Shown one piece after another: positions 28,052-37,963 of a stretch of DNA of 64,000 nucleotides. The notes below the pieces were generated by a model that had not been told where the DNA came from, searched no databases, and saw only the letters and a list, made by a program, of their open reading frames with translations. The stretch is taken from contig OY970223.1 of assembly GCA_963714015.1 (NCBI GenBank), positions 2,592,001 to 2,656,000 of the forward strand, written 5' to 3'. This DNA is from Vulcanimicrobiota bacterium. GTDB taxonomy: Bacteria; Vulcanimicrobiota; Vulcanimicrobiia; Vulcanimicrobiales; Vulcanimicrobiaceae. The position numbers and the translations under genes are program-made. How positions within the stretch are numbered: the first letter of the stretch is position 1; the number at the start of each line of letters is the position of its first letter.

Positions 28052-29380
28052 TCATCGCCGGCCCATCATCGGGATGCGCGGACGCTTCTTACCGCCGAAG
28101 CCCATCTGCTTCATCATCTTGCGCGCCTCTTCGAAGCGCTTGACCAAGCGATTGACGTCGGAAACCTGCGTGCCGCTGCCGCGGGCAATGCGCTTGCGGC
28201 GCGATCCGTTCAGTACGTCCGGATTCTGCCGTTCGCGGCGTGTCATCGAGCAGATAATTGCCTCGATGCGCTTGAGATCCGCTTCCGGAATCTCGAAGTC
28301 TTTCGGAAGCGCGCGCGACACGCCCGGAATCATCTTCAAGATGTCGGTCATCGAACCCATCTTCCGAATCTGACGCATTTGGTCCAGAAAATCGTCGAGC
28401 GTGAAGCTCTGCTTGAGCAGTTTTTTCTCGAGCTCTTTTGCCTCGTCGGCGCTGTACAGATTCTGCGTGCGCTCGATGAGCGTGAGCACGTCGCCCATTC
28501 CCAGTATTCGCGATGCCAAGCGATCGGGATAGAAGGGCTCGAGCGCAGAGAGCTTCTCGCCGACGCCGATGAACTTGATCGGCGCGCCCGTGACTTTATG
28601 AATCGACAAGGCGGCACCGCCGCGAGTGTCGCCGTCGAGTTTGGTGAGAACGACTCCGGTGATACCCAGCCGGTCGTGGAAGCCCTTGGCGACGTTCGTC
28701 GCCTCTTGCCCCGTCATTGCGTCCGCAACGAGGAGAATTTCCTTGGGGTTGACGGCCTCTTTGATGCGCTCGAGTTCGCGCATGAGATCGTCGTCGATCT
28801 GGAGCCGTCCTGCCGTGTCGATGATTACGGTGGACAGTCCAAGCCGGCGTGCTTCGGCGACGCCTTCGCGCGCGATCTTCACCGCATCGGTCTGGCCAAG
28901 GGAGAACACCGGCGCTTCGATCTGCTCGCCTAGCGTCTTCAACTGATCGATCGCCGCCGGACGATAAACGTCGGCCGCCACCAACAGCGACCGCCGGCCC
29001 TGTTCCTTCAGCCGCAAGGCGAGCTTTCCGGCCTGCGTCGTTTTTCCGGATCCTTGCAGTCCGACGAGCATAATGACGGACGGCGGCGCATCCGAGAATT
29101 GCAGCCGCGCTTGCGCGCCGCCGAGCAGCGCCACCAATTCGTCGTGAACGATCTTGACGATCGTCTGCGCCGGCGAAAGCGAAGCCATCACGTCGGCGCC
29201 GATGGCTTGTTCCTTGACGCGATTGACGAACTCTTTGGCGGCGGAGAGCGAGACGTCCGCTTCCAGTAAAGCGACGCGCACCTCGCGCATCACTTCATTG
29301 ACGTCGTTCTCGCTGAGCCGGCCGCGCCCGGTCAAACGCGAGAAGATCGCGTTCAGCCGGTCGGATAATTGATCGAACAC
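28052..29380 (-). CDS. ffh: Signal recognition particle protein Ffh
   Basis: ALLEADV, GLQGSGKTT, DTAGR, TKLDGDTRGG and RILGMGD. Confidence 0.99.
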   Translation of the reverse strand: MFDQLSDRLNAIFSRLTGRGRLSENDVNEVMREVRVALLEADVSLSAAKEFVNRVKEQAIGADVMASLSPAQTIVKIVHDELVALLGGAQARLQFSDAPPSVIMLVGLQGSGKTTQAGKLALRLKEQGRRSLLVAADVYRPAAIDQLKTLGEQIEAPVFSLGQTDAVKIAREGVAEARRLGLSTVIIDTAGRLQIDDDLMRELERIKEAVNPKEILLVADAMTGQEATNVAKGFHDRLGITGVVLTKLDGDTRGGAALSIHKVTGAPIKFIGVGEKLSALEPFYPDRLASRILGMGDVLTLIERTQNLYSADEAKELEKKLLKQSFTLDDFLDQMRQIRKMGSMTDILKMIPGVSRALPKDFEIPEADLKRIEAIICSMTRRERQNPDVLNGSRRKRIARGSGTQVSDVNRLVKRFEEARKMMKQMGFGGKKRPRIPMMGRR

Positions 29381-29389
29381 GGGCAGAGA

Positions 29390-29632
29390 CTATTCTTTAA
29401 CAGTAGCTTCCTCGACGCGCTTGACGGCGTCGCCGACGGTCTTGATCTTTTCGGCTTCTTCGTCCGGAATGTCGATATTGAACTCGGTCTCGAAAGCCAT
29501 GACCAGCTCGACCTGATCGAGCGAGTCCGCGCCAAGATCGTCGGTGATCGACGCTTCGGGCGTGACCTCCGACTCGTCAACGCCGAGTTGCTCGACGATG
29601 ATCTTCTTGACCTTATCAAACGTTGTGGCCAT
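29390..29632 (-). CDS. acpP: Acyl carrier protein
   Basis: DLGADSLD phosphopantetheine site. Confidence 0.98.
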   Translation of the reverse strand: MATTFDKVKKIIVEQLGVDESEVTPEASITDDLGADSLDQVELVMAFETEFNIDIPDEEAEKIKTVGDAVKRVEEATVKE

Positions 29633-29640
29633 ACGTCTCC

Positions 29641-30387
29641 TTACATGACGACGCCGCCGTCGACTACGAGGGTTTGTCCCGTGATGTAGCCGGCAGCTTC
29701 AGAACAAAGAAAAGTGACTACTCCGCTAATGTCTTCCGGTTTTCCGGGGCGACCGAGGGCCGTCTGCTTCAATAAATAGTCGCGCATTTCGTCCGTCATC
29801 TTCTCGGTCATCGCCGTTTCGATGATGCCCGGCGCGACGGCGTTGACTCTTATGTTCCTCGAACCCAATTCCTTCGCTAGGGACTTGGCCAAGCCGAGCA
29901 GCCCTGCCTTGGACGCGGCATATGCCGCCTGACCGACGTTGCCCATCAGACCCGCGATGCTGGACATCAGCACGATGGACCCGCTGCGCTGTTTCATCAT
30001 CGGTCTTGCCGCTGCGCCGCAGAGATAGAATGCCGATTTCAAATTGACGGAAAGCATCTGCTCGAGCACCTCCGGTTTGAGGCGCAGCAGCAAGGCGTCG
30101 ACGGATTGACCGGCGTTCGCGATCGCGCTATCCAGACGCCCGAACTTCTCGACGGTCTTTGCCACGAATTCGTCTACCGCAGCGCGATCGGCCACGTCGC
30201 CCGTGAGCACCAGGGTCTTGGCTCCGGCGCGGGCGGAATTGCATGCCGCGACCGTTTCCTGCAATGCCGCATCATCGCGGCCTGCAAGCGCAACATCGGC
30301 GCCGTGTTTGGTCAAGTCGACGGCGATTGCGCGGCCGATACCGCGGCTGGCGCCGGTGACGAGCGCGACTTTGCCTTCCAGAATCAT
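29641..30387 (-). CDS. fabG: 3-oxoacyl-ACP reductase
   Basis: [19 protein letters not shown], and fab operon context. Confidence 0.95.
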   Translation of the reverse strand: MILEGKVALVTGASRGIGRAIAVDLTKHGADVALAGRDDAALQETVAACNSARAGAKTLVLTGDVADRAAVDEFVAKTVEKFGRLDSAIANAGQSVDALLLRLKPEVLEQMLSVNLKSAFYLCGAAARPMMKQRSGSIVLMSSIAGLMGNVGQAAYAASKAGLLGLAKSLAKELGSRNIRVNAVAPGIIETAMTEKMTDEMRDYLLKQTALGRPGKPEDISGVVTFLCSEAAGYITGQTLVVDGGVVM

Positions 30388-31350
30388 GCGGAACCTCCGG
30401 AGATTCGCGCCTCGGGTTGCGCGAGCATCTCGCGAAGTTTTTGAACGCCGAGGTAGTCGCTGACGTTCAGCACGCTCGGCACGCCGGGCAGGCGTTTCAT
30501 CAACGGTGCGAGCACGGCCGATGCGCCGAACTCGACGATCGAATCCAAATCGTACGCGATGAGCGCTTGCGCCGTATCGTGCCAAAGCACTTCTTCAGTA
30601 ATGGATCGGACCAGATTGTGCTTGATCGTTTCAACGTCGCGGTACGGCTTAGCGTCGACGTTCGAAACGACGTCGAACTGCGGTACCGCAAACTGGGTCG
30701 CATTGACTTCTGCCGCAAAGCGATCGACGGCAGGCTGCATCAGACTCGCTGTGCCACGCGCCGGAAACGTTCAATGGAACGACGCGTTTTGCTCCGGACT
30801 CCAGCAGCGCGTCACCGGCGGCTTGCACGGCAGCAAGATCCCCGCTAATGACGATCTGCGAAGGCGAGTTGAAGTTTGCCAGTTGCACGCGTCCGCCCGT
30901 TCGCGCCTTGACGCCGTTCACGATCTCGCGAATTCGCTGCGCTTCCATACCGAGAACTGCGGACATTCCGCCGGGTGCCTGTTCGGCCGCGTACTGCATG
31001 GCCTTGCCGCGAGCGTCGACCAACTGCAACGCGCGGTCGAACGTCAGAGAATGCGCGATGGTCAAACTGCATAGTTCTCCAAACGAATGCCCTGCGCTGA
31101 CGACCGGCTGCAGCGCATCGCCGACGGCGTAGTAAAGCGCAAGATTTGCCGTGAAGATTGCCGGTTGACTAAACTGCGTCTCGCGCAGCTGCTCTTCCGG
31201 GCCCTGCTGCATGAGCGCCGGCAGATCGTAACCGAGAATCGCGCTCGCCCGTTCAAAGAGATCCCGGGCCTTTGGGGAGTTGCGGGCAAGGTCGGTGCCC
31301 ATGCCGACGACTTGCGAGCCTTGTCCGGGGAAGATGGCGCCGACCGGCAT
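30384..31350 (-). CDS. fabD: Malonyl-CoA:ACP transacylase (apparent frameshift ~30742)
   Basis: FPGQGSQ, GHSFGE and VSGAWHS, then a shifted frame continuing MQPAV...VVSNV. Confidence 0.93.
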
Positions 31351-32339
31351 TATACGGCCCACCGCCAAGTAACGGCGCCCCACGAAAGGCCGCCGCCGAA
31401 GCCTACGAACACGATGACGTCGCCGTCTTTAATTTTGCCCGATTCGACTGCTTCGGAAAGTGCAATCGGAATGGACGCCGCAGACGTGTTGCCGTACTCC
31501 TGAATGTTCACGACGACCTTGTCTTCGGGCATCTTCAAGTATTTCGCAGCCGAGTCGATGATGCGCTTATTGGCCTGATGCGGAATCAGCCAATCCAGAT
31601 CTTTCTTTTTGAGTTTCGCTTTCTTGAGCGCGCGATCGGTTGCGTCGATCATTTTTGTGACGGCGAATTTGAAGACTTCGCGCCCTTCCATGTACATGTA
31701 TTGTTCGCCCTCCTCGTACGCCGCCGGCGTAAGCGGATTGCGCGATCCCCCGGCGGGAACGCGCAGCAATTCCGGACGGCTTCCGTCGGAACCGAGATCG
31801 CTGGAGAGGAACGAATCTTTTTTCGACGCTTCGAGAATCACCGCGCCGGCGCCGTCGCCGAAGAGCACCGCAGTTGCGCGGTCGTTGCGATTGACGATCT
31901 TCGTGAGCGTCTCGGCTCCGAGCAGCATGATGCGTTTGTAGACGCCCGACCGGATCAAACTCGAGGCTACGGTCAGTCCATAAATGAAGCCGCTGCAGGC
32001 TATTTCGATGTCGAATGCCGCCTTGTCCGAAGCACCGAGCTTCGAAGCCAAGATGCAGGCGGTCGCGGGAAAGGGATAGTCCGGCGTAACTGTCGCGACG
32101 ATATAGCAGTCGATGTCGGCCGGCGTCAGATCGGTCTTGCCCAGCGCCTTGTGCGCAGCAGCGATTGCCAGATCGCTCGTCGCCTCACCCGGAGAGGCGA
32201 TGTGCCGGCGTTTCATGCCCGTCCGAGTAGTGATCCACTCGTCCGAGGTGTCCAGCACTTTCTCGAGGTCCTCGTTCGTCAGAATGCCGGCGGGCGCGTA
32301 GTGGCCGACGGCGACAATCTTGACGCCGGTTTGGTTCAA
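31350..32339 (-). CDS. fabH: Beta-ketoacyl-ACP synthase III
   Basis: IACSGF, LFGDGAGA, PHQAN and GNTSAAS. Confidence 0.97.
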   Translation of the reverse strand: MNQTGVKIVAVGHYAPAGILTNEDLEKVLDTSDEWITTRTGMKRRHIASPGEATSDLAIAAAHKALGKTDLTPADIDCYIVATVTPDYPFPATACILASKLGASDKAAFDIEIACSGFIYGLTVASSLIRSGVYKRIMLLGAETLTKIVNRNDRATAVLFGDGAGAVILEASKKDSFLSSDLGSDGSRPELLRVPAGGSRNPLTPAAYEEGEQYMYMEGREVFKFAVTKMIDATDRALKKAKLKKKDLDWLIPHQANKRIIDSAAKYLKMPEDKVVVNIQEYGNTSAASIPIALSEAVESGKIKDGDVIVFVGFGGGLSWGAVTWRWAV

Positions 32340-32342
32340 TTT

Positions 32343-32549
32343 TTAGCCGTGCGTATGACCGGCGTGATCATCCTTTATTTCGATGACCTGACGCCCCGCG
32401 TACGTCCCGCAATGCTCGCAGGCGAAATGCGGCCGTTTGGGCGCATGACACTGCGGACACTCAACTACCGTGACGGGGTTGAGCTTCCAGTTCGCCGCCC
32501 GGCGGCTGCGCGTTTTGCTGCGCGGAGTCTTCCATTTCAAGTTGGCCAT
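32343..32549 (-). CDS. rpmF: 50S ribosomal protein L32
   Basis: MANLKWKTPRSKTRSRR...CPQC...HFACEHCG. Confidence 0.95.
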   Translation of the reverse strand: MANLKWKTPRSKTRSRRAANWKLNPVTVVECPQCHAPKRPHFACEHCGTYAGRQVIEIKDDHAGHTHG

Positions 32550-32552
32550 TGT

Positions 32553-33026
32553 TCAATCGTCCCCAGATTCTGTCGTACACGTGCACGCGCCCGTGTTCTT
32601 GTTCTCTCCGCAGTTCGCGCAGATGCCCAAACAGTCGGCACTGCAGAGCACTCCCATCGGGAGCGAGCTTACCACGACCTGCGTCGCTAGATCTTTTACG
32701 TCCAGACGGTCACCCGTCAACACGTTGCTCGGCCCGAACGGATCGTTTTGCGCTTCCGCTGCGGCGTCCAGTTCTTCGTCGACGTCGAAGTGCAATTGCC
32801 GGTCGACGTCTACCAGGCACCTGTCGCACTCCCCCCGCATCCGCACGTCGACCGTGCCCCTCACTTCGAGCACGTCCCCCGACGCAGTCACGTTCAATCG
32901 AACGCGAGCCGGCTCAGTGAAGCGAACCGCCTCGAACGGTTCAAGGGCAACCTGCTCGTCGAGCAGCAACTGCCTTCGTCCGCCGGCAAGCAGGCTGCTG
33001 ATGTCAACCTTATACGAAGAAGCCAT
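32553..33026 (-). CDS. yceD: DUF177/YceD family protein
   Basis: CDRCL and LPM..LC..DC.GIC..CG, directly upstream of rpmF. Confidence 0.9.
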   Translation of the reverse strand: MASSYKVDISSLLAGGRRQLLLDEQVALEPFEAVRFTEPARVRLNVTASGDVLEVRGTVDVRMRGECDRCLVDVDRQLHFDVDEELDAAAEAQNDPFGPSNVLTGDRLDVKDLATQVVVSSLPMGVLCSADCLGICANCGENKNTGACTCTTESGDD

Positions 33027-33142
33027 AACATAGAGGAAGGCCCCCGAGCGGAGCCTCCTGGACTCGGGTCATTGTAGACGCCTCAGGAGCGCCTTGTCAA
33101 ACGCGCCCGTCGGCGGTAATGACCGGCCGAAAGGAGACTCGC

Positions 33143-33460
33143 ATGGGCTTCAGCCTCGGCAACATTCTCAAAGGTGCCGTATCCGGCGTCGAAACGCTGG
33201 TAGAGACGGGAAATCCGCTCGCGGCAGCCGGCGCCGCAGCGGTCACCGCCGTTTCGGGCGGATCTTCAGGGGGATCCGGCCCAACCTTCGACCCGCTGCT
33301 GGACGAAATGAGCGCCTCGCTCAACCCCGGCAGCCCGCCGCAGCTCTACTCGTACTCCCAAATCGCCGGTTTGGACGGGAACGGCAATTCGACCCGCGGG
33401 CAAGTGCCCAGCCTGGGCTCGATCGTCGATGGCGACGACGACGGCGACTCCTCGGACTGA
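33143..33460 (+). CDS. Gly/Ser-rich hypothetical protein
   Basis: AAAGGAG RBS, then MGFSLGNILKGAVSGVETLVETGNPLAAAG. Confidence 0.6.
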   Translation: MGFSLGNILKGAVSGVETLVETGNPLAAAGAAAVTAVSGGSSGGSGPTFDPLLDEMSASLNPGSPPQLYSYSQIAGLDGNGNSTRGQVPSLGSIVDGDDDGDSSD

Positions 33461-33558
33461 CTGCGACTAGCGATGCAATGGGCCCAAAGGCACTGTATTC
33501 ACTTTCGCTGCTGTTCTACGCTAAAAATCGCTTGCTTATTTTGCAGCTAAGGAGTCTT

Positions 33559-34581
33559 ATGTCGCTCTTACGTTTTACGGGCGCAGCAATCAGCGCGGCG
33601 GTCGCCGGCGCGGTGCTGGCGGCTTGCAGCAGCTCAGGCAGCCAAGTAACCCCCACTTCGCCGCTATCCGTGCGGCAAGGCCCCAGCATGGCCTCGCACA
33701 TGCTCCGCCACGTTTCGCCGACCGGTGCCCTCGAGTTGCCGCCGAACAGTCACCCGTTGCCGGTGTTTTCCTCGCAAAGCGAGGTCCCAGCCGGCACGGG
33801 CAAACTTTACGTTTCCGACTACAATGCCAACGATGTCCTGATCTATAACTCATACGGCCAGAACCAAAAGCCGACGGGGAAAATTACGAACGGCATTTCC
33901 GGCCCGCTGGGAACATTCGTCGGCCCAGCAGGGACACTCTACGTTACTAACCTCGGCAATAGCACGGTGACGGTGTATCCGGCCGGTCATCTGAAGCCCA
34001 GTGAGACGCTTACGGCCAGTGAGCCCATCAGTGTCGTCGTCGACTCCCAAGGCACGATGTACGTTTCCGAATATGCAAACAGCCAAGTCGTCGAGTTCGA
34101 CAAAGGCGCGACCTCGCCAACCCGCACAATCTCGATCAGCTCGCCGGAAGGCGTCTGGCTCGACAAATTTTTGAATCTGTACGTCTCGTACAACGACGCC
34201 AGCGACAACGGCCACGTCATGAAGTTCAAACACAAATCCACCTCCGGAACCGACCTCGGAATTAGCGAAGGTTTCGCAGGCGATGTAAAACTCGATCCCC
34301 AGGGCAACCTCCTGCTGGGAGACCAGACCAATCAGGTGATCAACATCTATGCGCGCGGAACAACCTCGCCGGCGCGCACCATCAGCACCTCGGGCTACGA
34401 TGCGTATAAGTTCTCGCTGAACAAGGCCGACACACGTGTCTACGACGCTCCGGGGGGCACAGCCACCGTACCGGTCTACAGTTACACTACCGGGGCGCTC
34501 GTGAACACAATCAGCAGCGGCCTCACGTCGGCTTACGGAGTGAGCAATTCTCCGCCGTCGGCGTTCGGCACGCCTTTCTAA
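33559..34581 (+). CDS. NHL/SMP-30-like beta-propeller lipoprotein
   Basis: AAGGAG RBS, lipobox LAAC, and repeated LYV..N..V.VY..G...P..TI blades. Confidence 0.8.
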   Translation: MSLLRFTGAAISAAVAGAVLAACSSSGSQVTPTSPLSVRQGPSMASHMLRHVSPTGALELPPNSHPLPVFSSQSEVPAGTGKLYVSDYNANDVLIYNSYGQNQKPTGKITNGISGPLGTFVGPAGTLYVTNLGNSTVTVYPAGHLKPSETLTASEPISVVVDSQGTMYVSEYANSQVVEFDKGATSPTRTISISSPEGVWLDKFLNLYVSYNDASDNGHVMKFKHKSTSGTDLGISEGFAGDVKLDPQGNLLLGDQTNQVINIYARGTTSPARTISTSGYDAYKFSLNKADTRVYDAPGGTATVPVYSYTTGALVNTISSGLTSAYGVSNSPPSAFGTPF

Positions 34582-34602
34582 GCAACAAGCACCGGAATTT
34601 AG

Positions 34603-34645
34603 GGCGGAAAAGGGGGCGCAGCGGCGTCCCCTTCTTTTTTCCGTC
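34603..34645 (+). terminator. Intrinsic terminator
   Basis: GAAAAGGGGGCGC-agcg-GCGTCCCCTTCTTTTTT. Confidence 0.75.
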
Positions 34646-34701
34646 CGCATCTTGACGAACCGGCCCGAATGCGTGATGGAACCGCGAATTAGGAGGACAA
34701 G

Positions 34702-34998
34702 ATGAACATCTTAAACGCGCTGGTAGGCGGCGCCGAAGGCTACCTGATGAGCGGCAATCCGGCGACCGGACTCGAAATGGGTGCCATGGGCGCGCTTGAC
34801 GGCGGCAGCTCGATCGACGGTTTGAGCGGCAGCCTTGGGAATCTGACCGGCTCGATCGGCAACGCCGGACTGGGAGCTCTCGACGCTCAGGATGAAGCGT
34901 TCCAACTCTCGATGTACGCCGAACAGATGCGCCATCAGGATCAAATGCAGCCTGCAGTCGCAAGCATTTGACGAGATGATGGACGAGAAGTCTGAGAA
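34702..34998 (+). CDS. Gly-rich, Met/Gln-helical hypothetical protein; frameshift ~34951; possibly truncated by prophage insertion
   Basis: GGAGG RBS. ...EQMRHQDQMQ continues in the next frame as LQSQAFDEMMDEKSEN, after which the sequence character changes abruptly. Confidence 0.55.
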
Positions 34999-35069
34999 CT
35001 TAAGCGCCTATCCTGGCATTACGCTCTGTCACCATTTGAGGGATAGCCGTAATGCCGAAATCCGCCTAA

Positions 35070-35258
35070 GTGCCTCGTCGCAAGCAGTACGCCACCGCGG
35101 CGGAGCGAATCCGGGCCAAGCGTAAGCGCCGCATTAAGCGCCTTCGGGAAGCCGGGCTCTGCATCGTCTGCGGTAACAATCCGGTTGGGCCGGATCGTAC
35201 GACCTGCGATACGTGTGTGGAAAAGGCGAATACCCGGCGGAAAAAACGGCGGAAATGA
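35070..35258 (+). CDS. Small basic Zn-finger protein
   Basis: Arg/Lys-rich helix with CIVCG...CDTC. Confidence 0.6.
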   Translation: MPRRKQYATAAERIRAKRKRRIKRLREAGLCIVCGNNPVGPDRTTCDTCVEKANTRRKKRRK

Positions 35259-35335
35259 CTCTGTCACCGTACCGCCGCTCGGCTGCGTCCACTACAATAG
35301 GAACCCCAGAGCGACCGCTTTAGAGAGGTGTCACA

Positions 35336-36304
35336 ATGCGTCGTATCGCCGTTCTTCTCGCAACCCTGGCCTTCGCAGCGTGCGGAGGCGGCGGCTCTTC
35401 ACCGATTCCTACCGTCACGCAACCGCCGACCACGCATAAGGTCAGCATCGGTGCGGGCTTTGCGAAGTCGAACATCAACCAGAGTCGCGGCCGCCGCACG
35501 GCGATGGACCGGGCACTCGATGTAAGCCTGCTCTCGCTGCCGCCGACGTATCAGATCGACGTTCCCGACCCGTACATCACCCAGCAGCCCGGCGAGACCG
35601 GTGCACCCTGGATATTCGTGTATCTGAACACCAGCGACGGGACCTTGGCTGGCCTCCCGAATCCGCTTCCGACTCCCGCATACGCGCAGACCGGACCCAG
35701 CATTCCGGTTTTGACGGTGAATCCGGCCCCGATGCCTACGCCCTCTACGGCTCCGGTGGAGCTCGGCTACGAGACGCTGGGACGGCCAACGCAGCCCGGC
35801 ATCATCGCAATCACTGCGTCGGCGCCGGTGAACGGCCAGACGCTGAGCGCGAACGTTACGATCGACGCGTACCCGGCCATGTGCATCATCGCGCCGAACA
35901 GCTATCAGAACGACGGTTGCGTTGCCGGCCTCTATTGGGACGCGGCCGGCGGCGAGCATACGACGACTGACACCACTCAAGCCGACGCGTACATGGTCCT
36001 CAACAGCGGCGGAACGACGTCGTTCGTTTTCAATAGCGGCGCGACGACGGTCGCCAGCTCAGACGGCCTCATTCCCATGACGAGCTGCCCGAGCGTCGCT
36101 GCAGGTCCCACGACGATTCCGAGCCTCGCGATCGATCAGACGGTCCCGGTTATCGCTTTCAAGACCGCAACCGGATTCTGCGTGAAATGGCAAGCCGACT
36201 CGTTCGATTCTGGCACCGGATCGGGCGGCGTGAACACCGGCAACATCGGCGAGGCGTACGGGATGTACCTCGTCTCGGATGCGAGCGGGAACTTCGCTTA
36301 CTAA
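35336..36304 (+). CDS. Lipoprotein (prophage moron on the opposite strand)
   Basis: GAGG RBS and MRRIAVLLATLAFAAC lipobox. Confidence 0.75.
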   Translation: MRRIAVLLATLAFAACGGGGSSPIPTVTQPPTTHKVSIGAGFAKSNINQSRGRRTAMDRALDVSLLSLPPTYQIDVPDPYITQQPGETGAPWIFVYLNTSDGTLAGLPNPLPTPAYAQTGPSIPVLTVNPAPMPTPSTAPVELGYETLGRPTQPGIIAITASAPVNGQTLSANVTIDAYPAMCIIAPNSYQNDGCVAGLYWDAAGGEHTTTDTTQADAYMVLNSGGTTSFVFNSGATTVASSDGLIPMTSCPSVAAGPTTIPSLAIDQTVPVIAFKTATGFCVKWQADSFDSGTGSGGVNTGNIGEAYGMYLVSDASGNFAY

Positions 36305-36366
36305 AACTTTCAAGACCGTGTGGTATAGTCGAAGAGCTCAATCGACCTTGGAATGTCAAGAGTCCC

Positions 36367-36395
36367 GAAGGGACCGGTTTCAGCCGGTCCCTTTT
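36367..36395. terminator. Bidirectional intrinsic terminator
   Basis: GAAGGGACCGG-tttcag-CCGGTCCCTTTT between convergent genes. Confidence 0.8.
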
Positions 36396-36399
36396 CAGT

Positions 36400-37953
36400 T
36401 TACGGCGTCAGAATCGCTGCCGCCCCAGGGGCAACGGTCGTGACCGCCGGTCCCTTTACGTCGATGCTGCCGCCGTCTAAGACGTCTGATCCGCTGATGA
36501 CGAGCGAATGATTCAACCCACTCGCGTACTGAATCGGCACCGATGACGCTCCGGGATTGACGGCGACCGCGCAGTGTCCGACGTACACTTGCCAGGCGTA
36601 GCAGGCGTTATAAAAGCGTTCGTACGCGCCACCACTGTAGTGATAGTTCGATACGTCGGAAGCGCGGTACGCGGGCTGCAGCGCCACGAAACCGGTTTCC
36701 GGGAAAACCTTTACCGTGCTCTTCGTTTGCAGCCATTCTTGAAAGATCGTGAAGTTCGGATCGTACGTCAGGAGAAACGATGCGTAAACGAACATCCGCT
36801 GCGCAATCGCTGCCGGCGAATCGGCTTGCTGCGTCGACCACGAGCCATCGGCGTACGCCCAGAACGTTCGGCCAGCCGCAATCGTGCTGATCTCCGTGTC
36901 TTCCGTTGCGATCCAATTCTGCGCGCCGTCGACGTAAGAGGCTTCGTACTCGCCCCCCGTTTCGGTGGACGCTGCGAGGCCAGCGATCTGATTCTGATAG
37001 GTCACGCCCGGCGGCGGATCTTCGTACGATTCCGGGGTGGAGAGCGTGTTCAAATAGAGTTGCGCGCCGTGCGTATTGATCCGCGAGAGCACCGATACGA
37101 CGAGCGCCGTCCACTGCGCGGGCGAAACGTACGAACACGGCTGCGCGTTGGCCTGATAGAGATTGTTCGCGTTATCGAAGAAGATCGCGTCCGGCTGCGT
37201 TCCCAGATACGCGTCGCGCGTGTCGACGATCCATTGCACGTACGCCACGGCATCGGGCTTTGAGAGGTCGGCAAAGTACCCGGTTCCGTGGTAGGTTTGC
37301 ACGGTTTGGCCGGTGCACGTTTTGGCTTCAATGTCGGGAAATTTCTTGAGCGCTGCGATCTCGATCCAATCTCCGCCGTTGGGCTCGAATGGGTCCTCGT
37401 ACGCAACGGTTTTGATGCCGGCGTTGTGCGTCGGAACATACTGCCCGCTGCACGCATAGTCGAAGGTGAGATACGGTGCGAGCTGCGCGGCCGTCTGCGG
37501 ATCGCAGTAATCCGCGGTCTGCACGTGCATGGGTACGTGCGTTGGGAGCGGCGAGGGGGAAATCGTGGGAAGCGGTGTCGGCGTTGGATTCGCCGTTGGG
37601 ATCGGCGTTGCGCTAGGAGTTGGACTCGCTGTCGGTGTTGCAGTCGGCACCGGGGAAGTAGAAGGCTCGGGCGTGGGCGACGGACCGATCGCTGAGGGAG
37701 TCGCGCTGGGCGTACTCGTCGACCGCGGCGATGACGTCGGCGTAGGTAACGGGCTTCGCGTTGGGATCGGCGTGAAGGAAGGTTGTACCGTCGGTGGTGG
37801 TGACGATGAGCGTCTGGGAGTGGGCCATGCCGTGGGTTTCGGCGAGGGAGACGATGTTACTTCCGCCGTTGGAATCGGCGAAGGCGTCGGATTCCCACCG
37901 TGACCGCATGACGAAAAAAGCGCCAGTATCACGGCGCCGATGAAAGCCTTCAT
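36400..37953 (-). CDS. Lipoprotein with a long Pro/Thr/Ser linker and a putative TIM-barrel glycoside hydrolase domain
   Basis: Lipobox-like LFSSC, a ~110-aa PT/PS linker, and motifs DAIFFDNA, GEYE and RMFVYASFLL. Confidence 0.65.
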   Translation of the reverse strand: MKAFIGAVILALFSSCGHGGNPTPSPIPTAEVTSSPSPKPTAWPTPRRSSSPPPTVQPSFTPIPTRSPLPTPTSSPRSTSTPSATPSAIGPSPTPEPSTSPVPTATPTASPTPSATPIPTANPTPTPLPTISPSPLPTHVPMHVQTADYCDPQTAAQLAPYLTFDYACSGQYVPTHNAGIKTVAYEDPFEPNGGDWIEIAALKKFPDIEAKTCTGQTVQTYHGTGYFADLSKPDAVAYVQWIVDTRDAYLGTQPDAIFFDNANNLYQANAQPCSYVSPAQWTALVVSVLSRINTHGAQLYLNTLSTPESYEDPPPGVTYQNQIAGLAASTETGGEYEASYVDGAQNWIATEDTEISTIAAGRTFWAYADGSWSTQQADSPAAIAQRMFVYASFLLTYDPNFTIFQEWLQTKSTVKVFPETGFVALQPAYRASDVSNYHYSGGAYERFYNACYAWQVYVGHCAVAVNPGASSVPIQYASGLNHSLVISGSDVLDGGSIDVKGPAVTTVAPGAAAILTP

Positions 37954-37963
37954 GGATGCTCCT

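Noticed and set aside
30384..31350. fabD, tape measure and other split genes as pseudogenes
   Set aside because: Each has isolated 1-nt shifts with intact motifs, and fabD is normally essential. Assembly error is the simpler explanation.
37530..37890. Repetitive DNA here and at ~50380-50445 as a possible CRISPR or tandem array
   Set aside because: These are degenerate codon repeats encoding Pro/Thr/Ser linkers. There is no constant repeat-spacer structure and no cas gene.
37940..37953. Near-palindrome ATGAAAGCCTTCAT giving MKAF on both strands
   Set aside because: It is short and imperfect, and the plus-strand ORF is antisense to a clear glycosidase. Likely chance.
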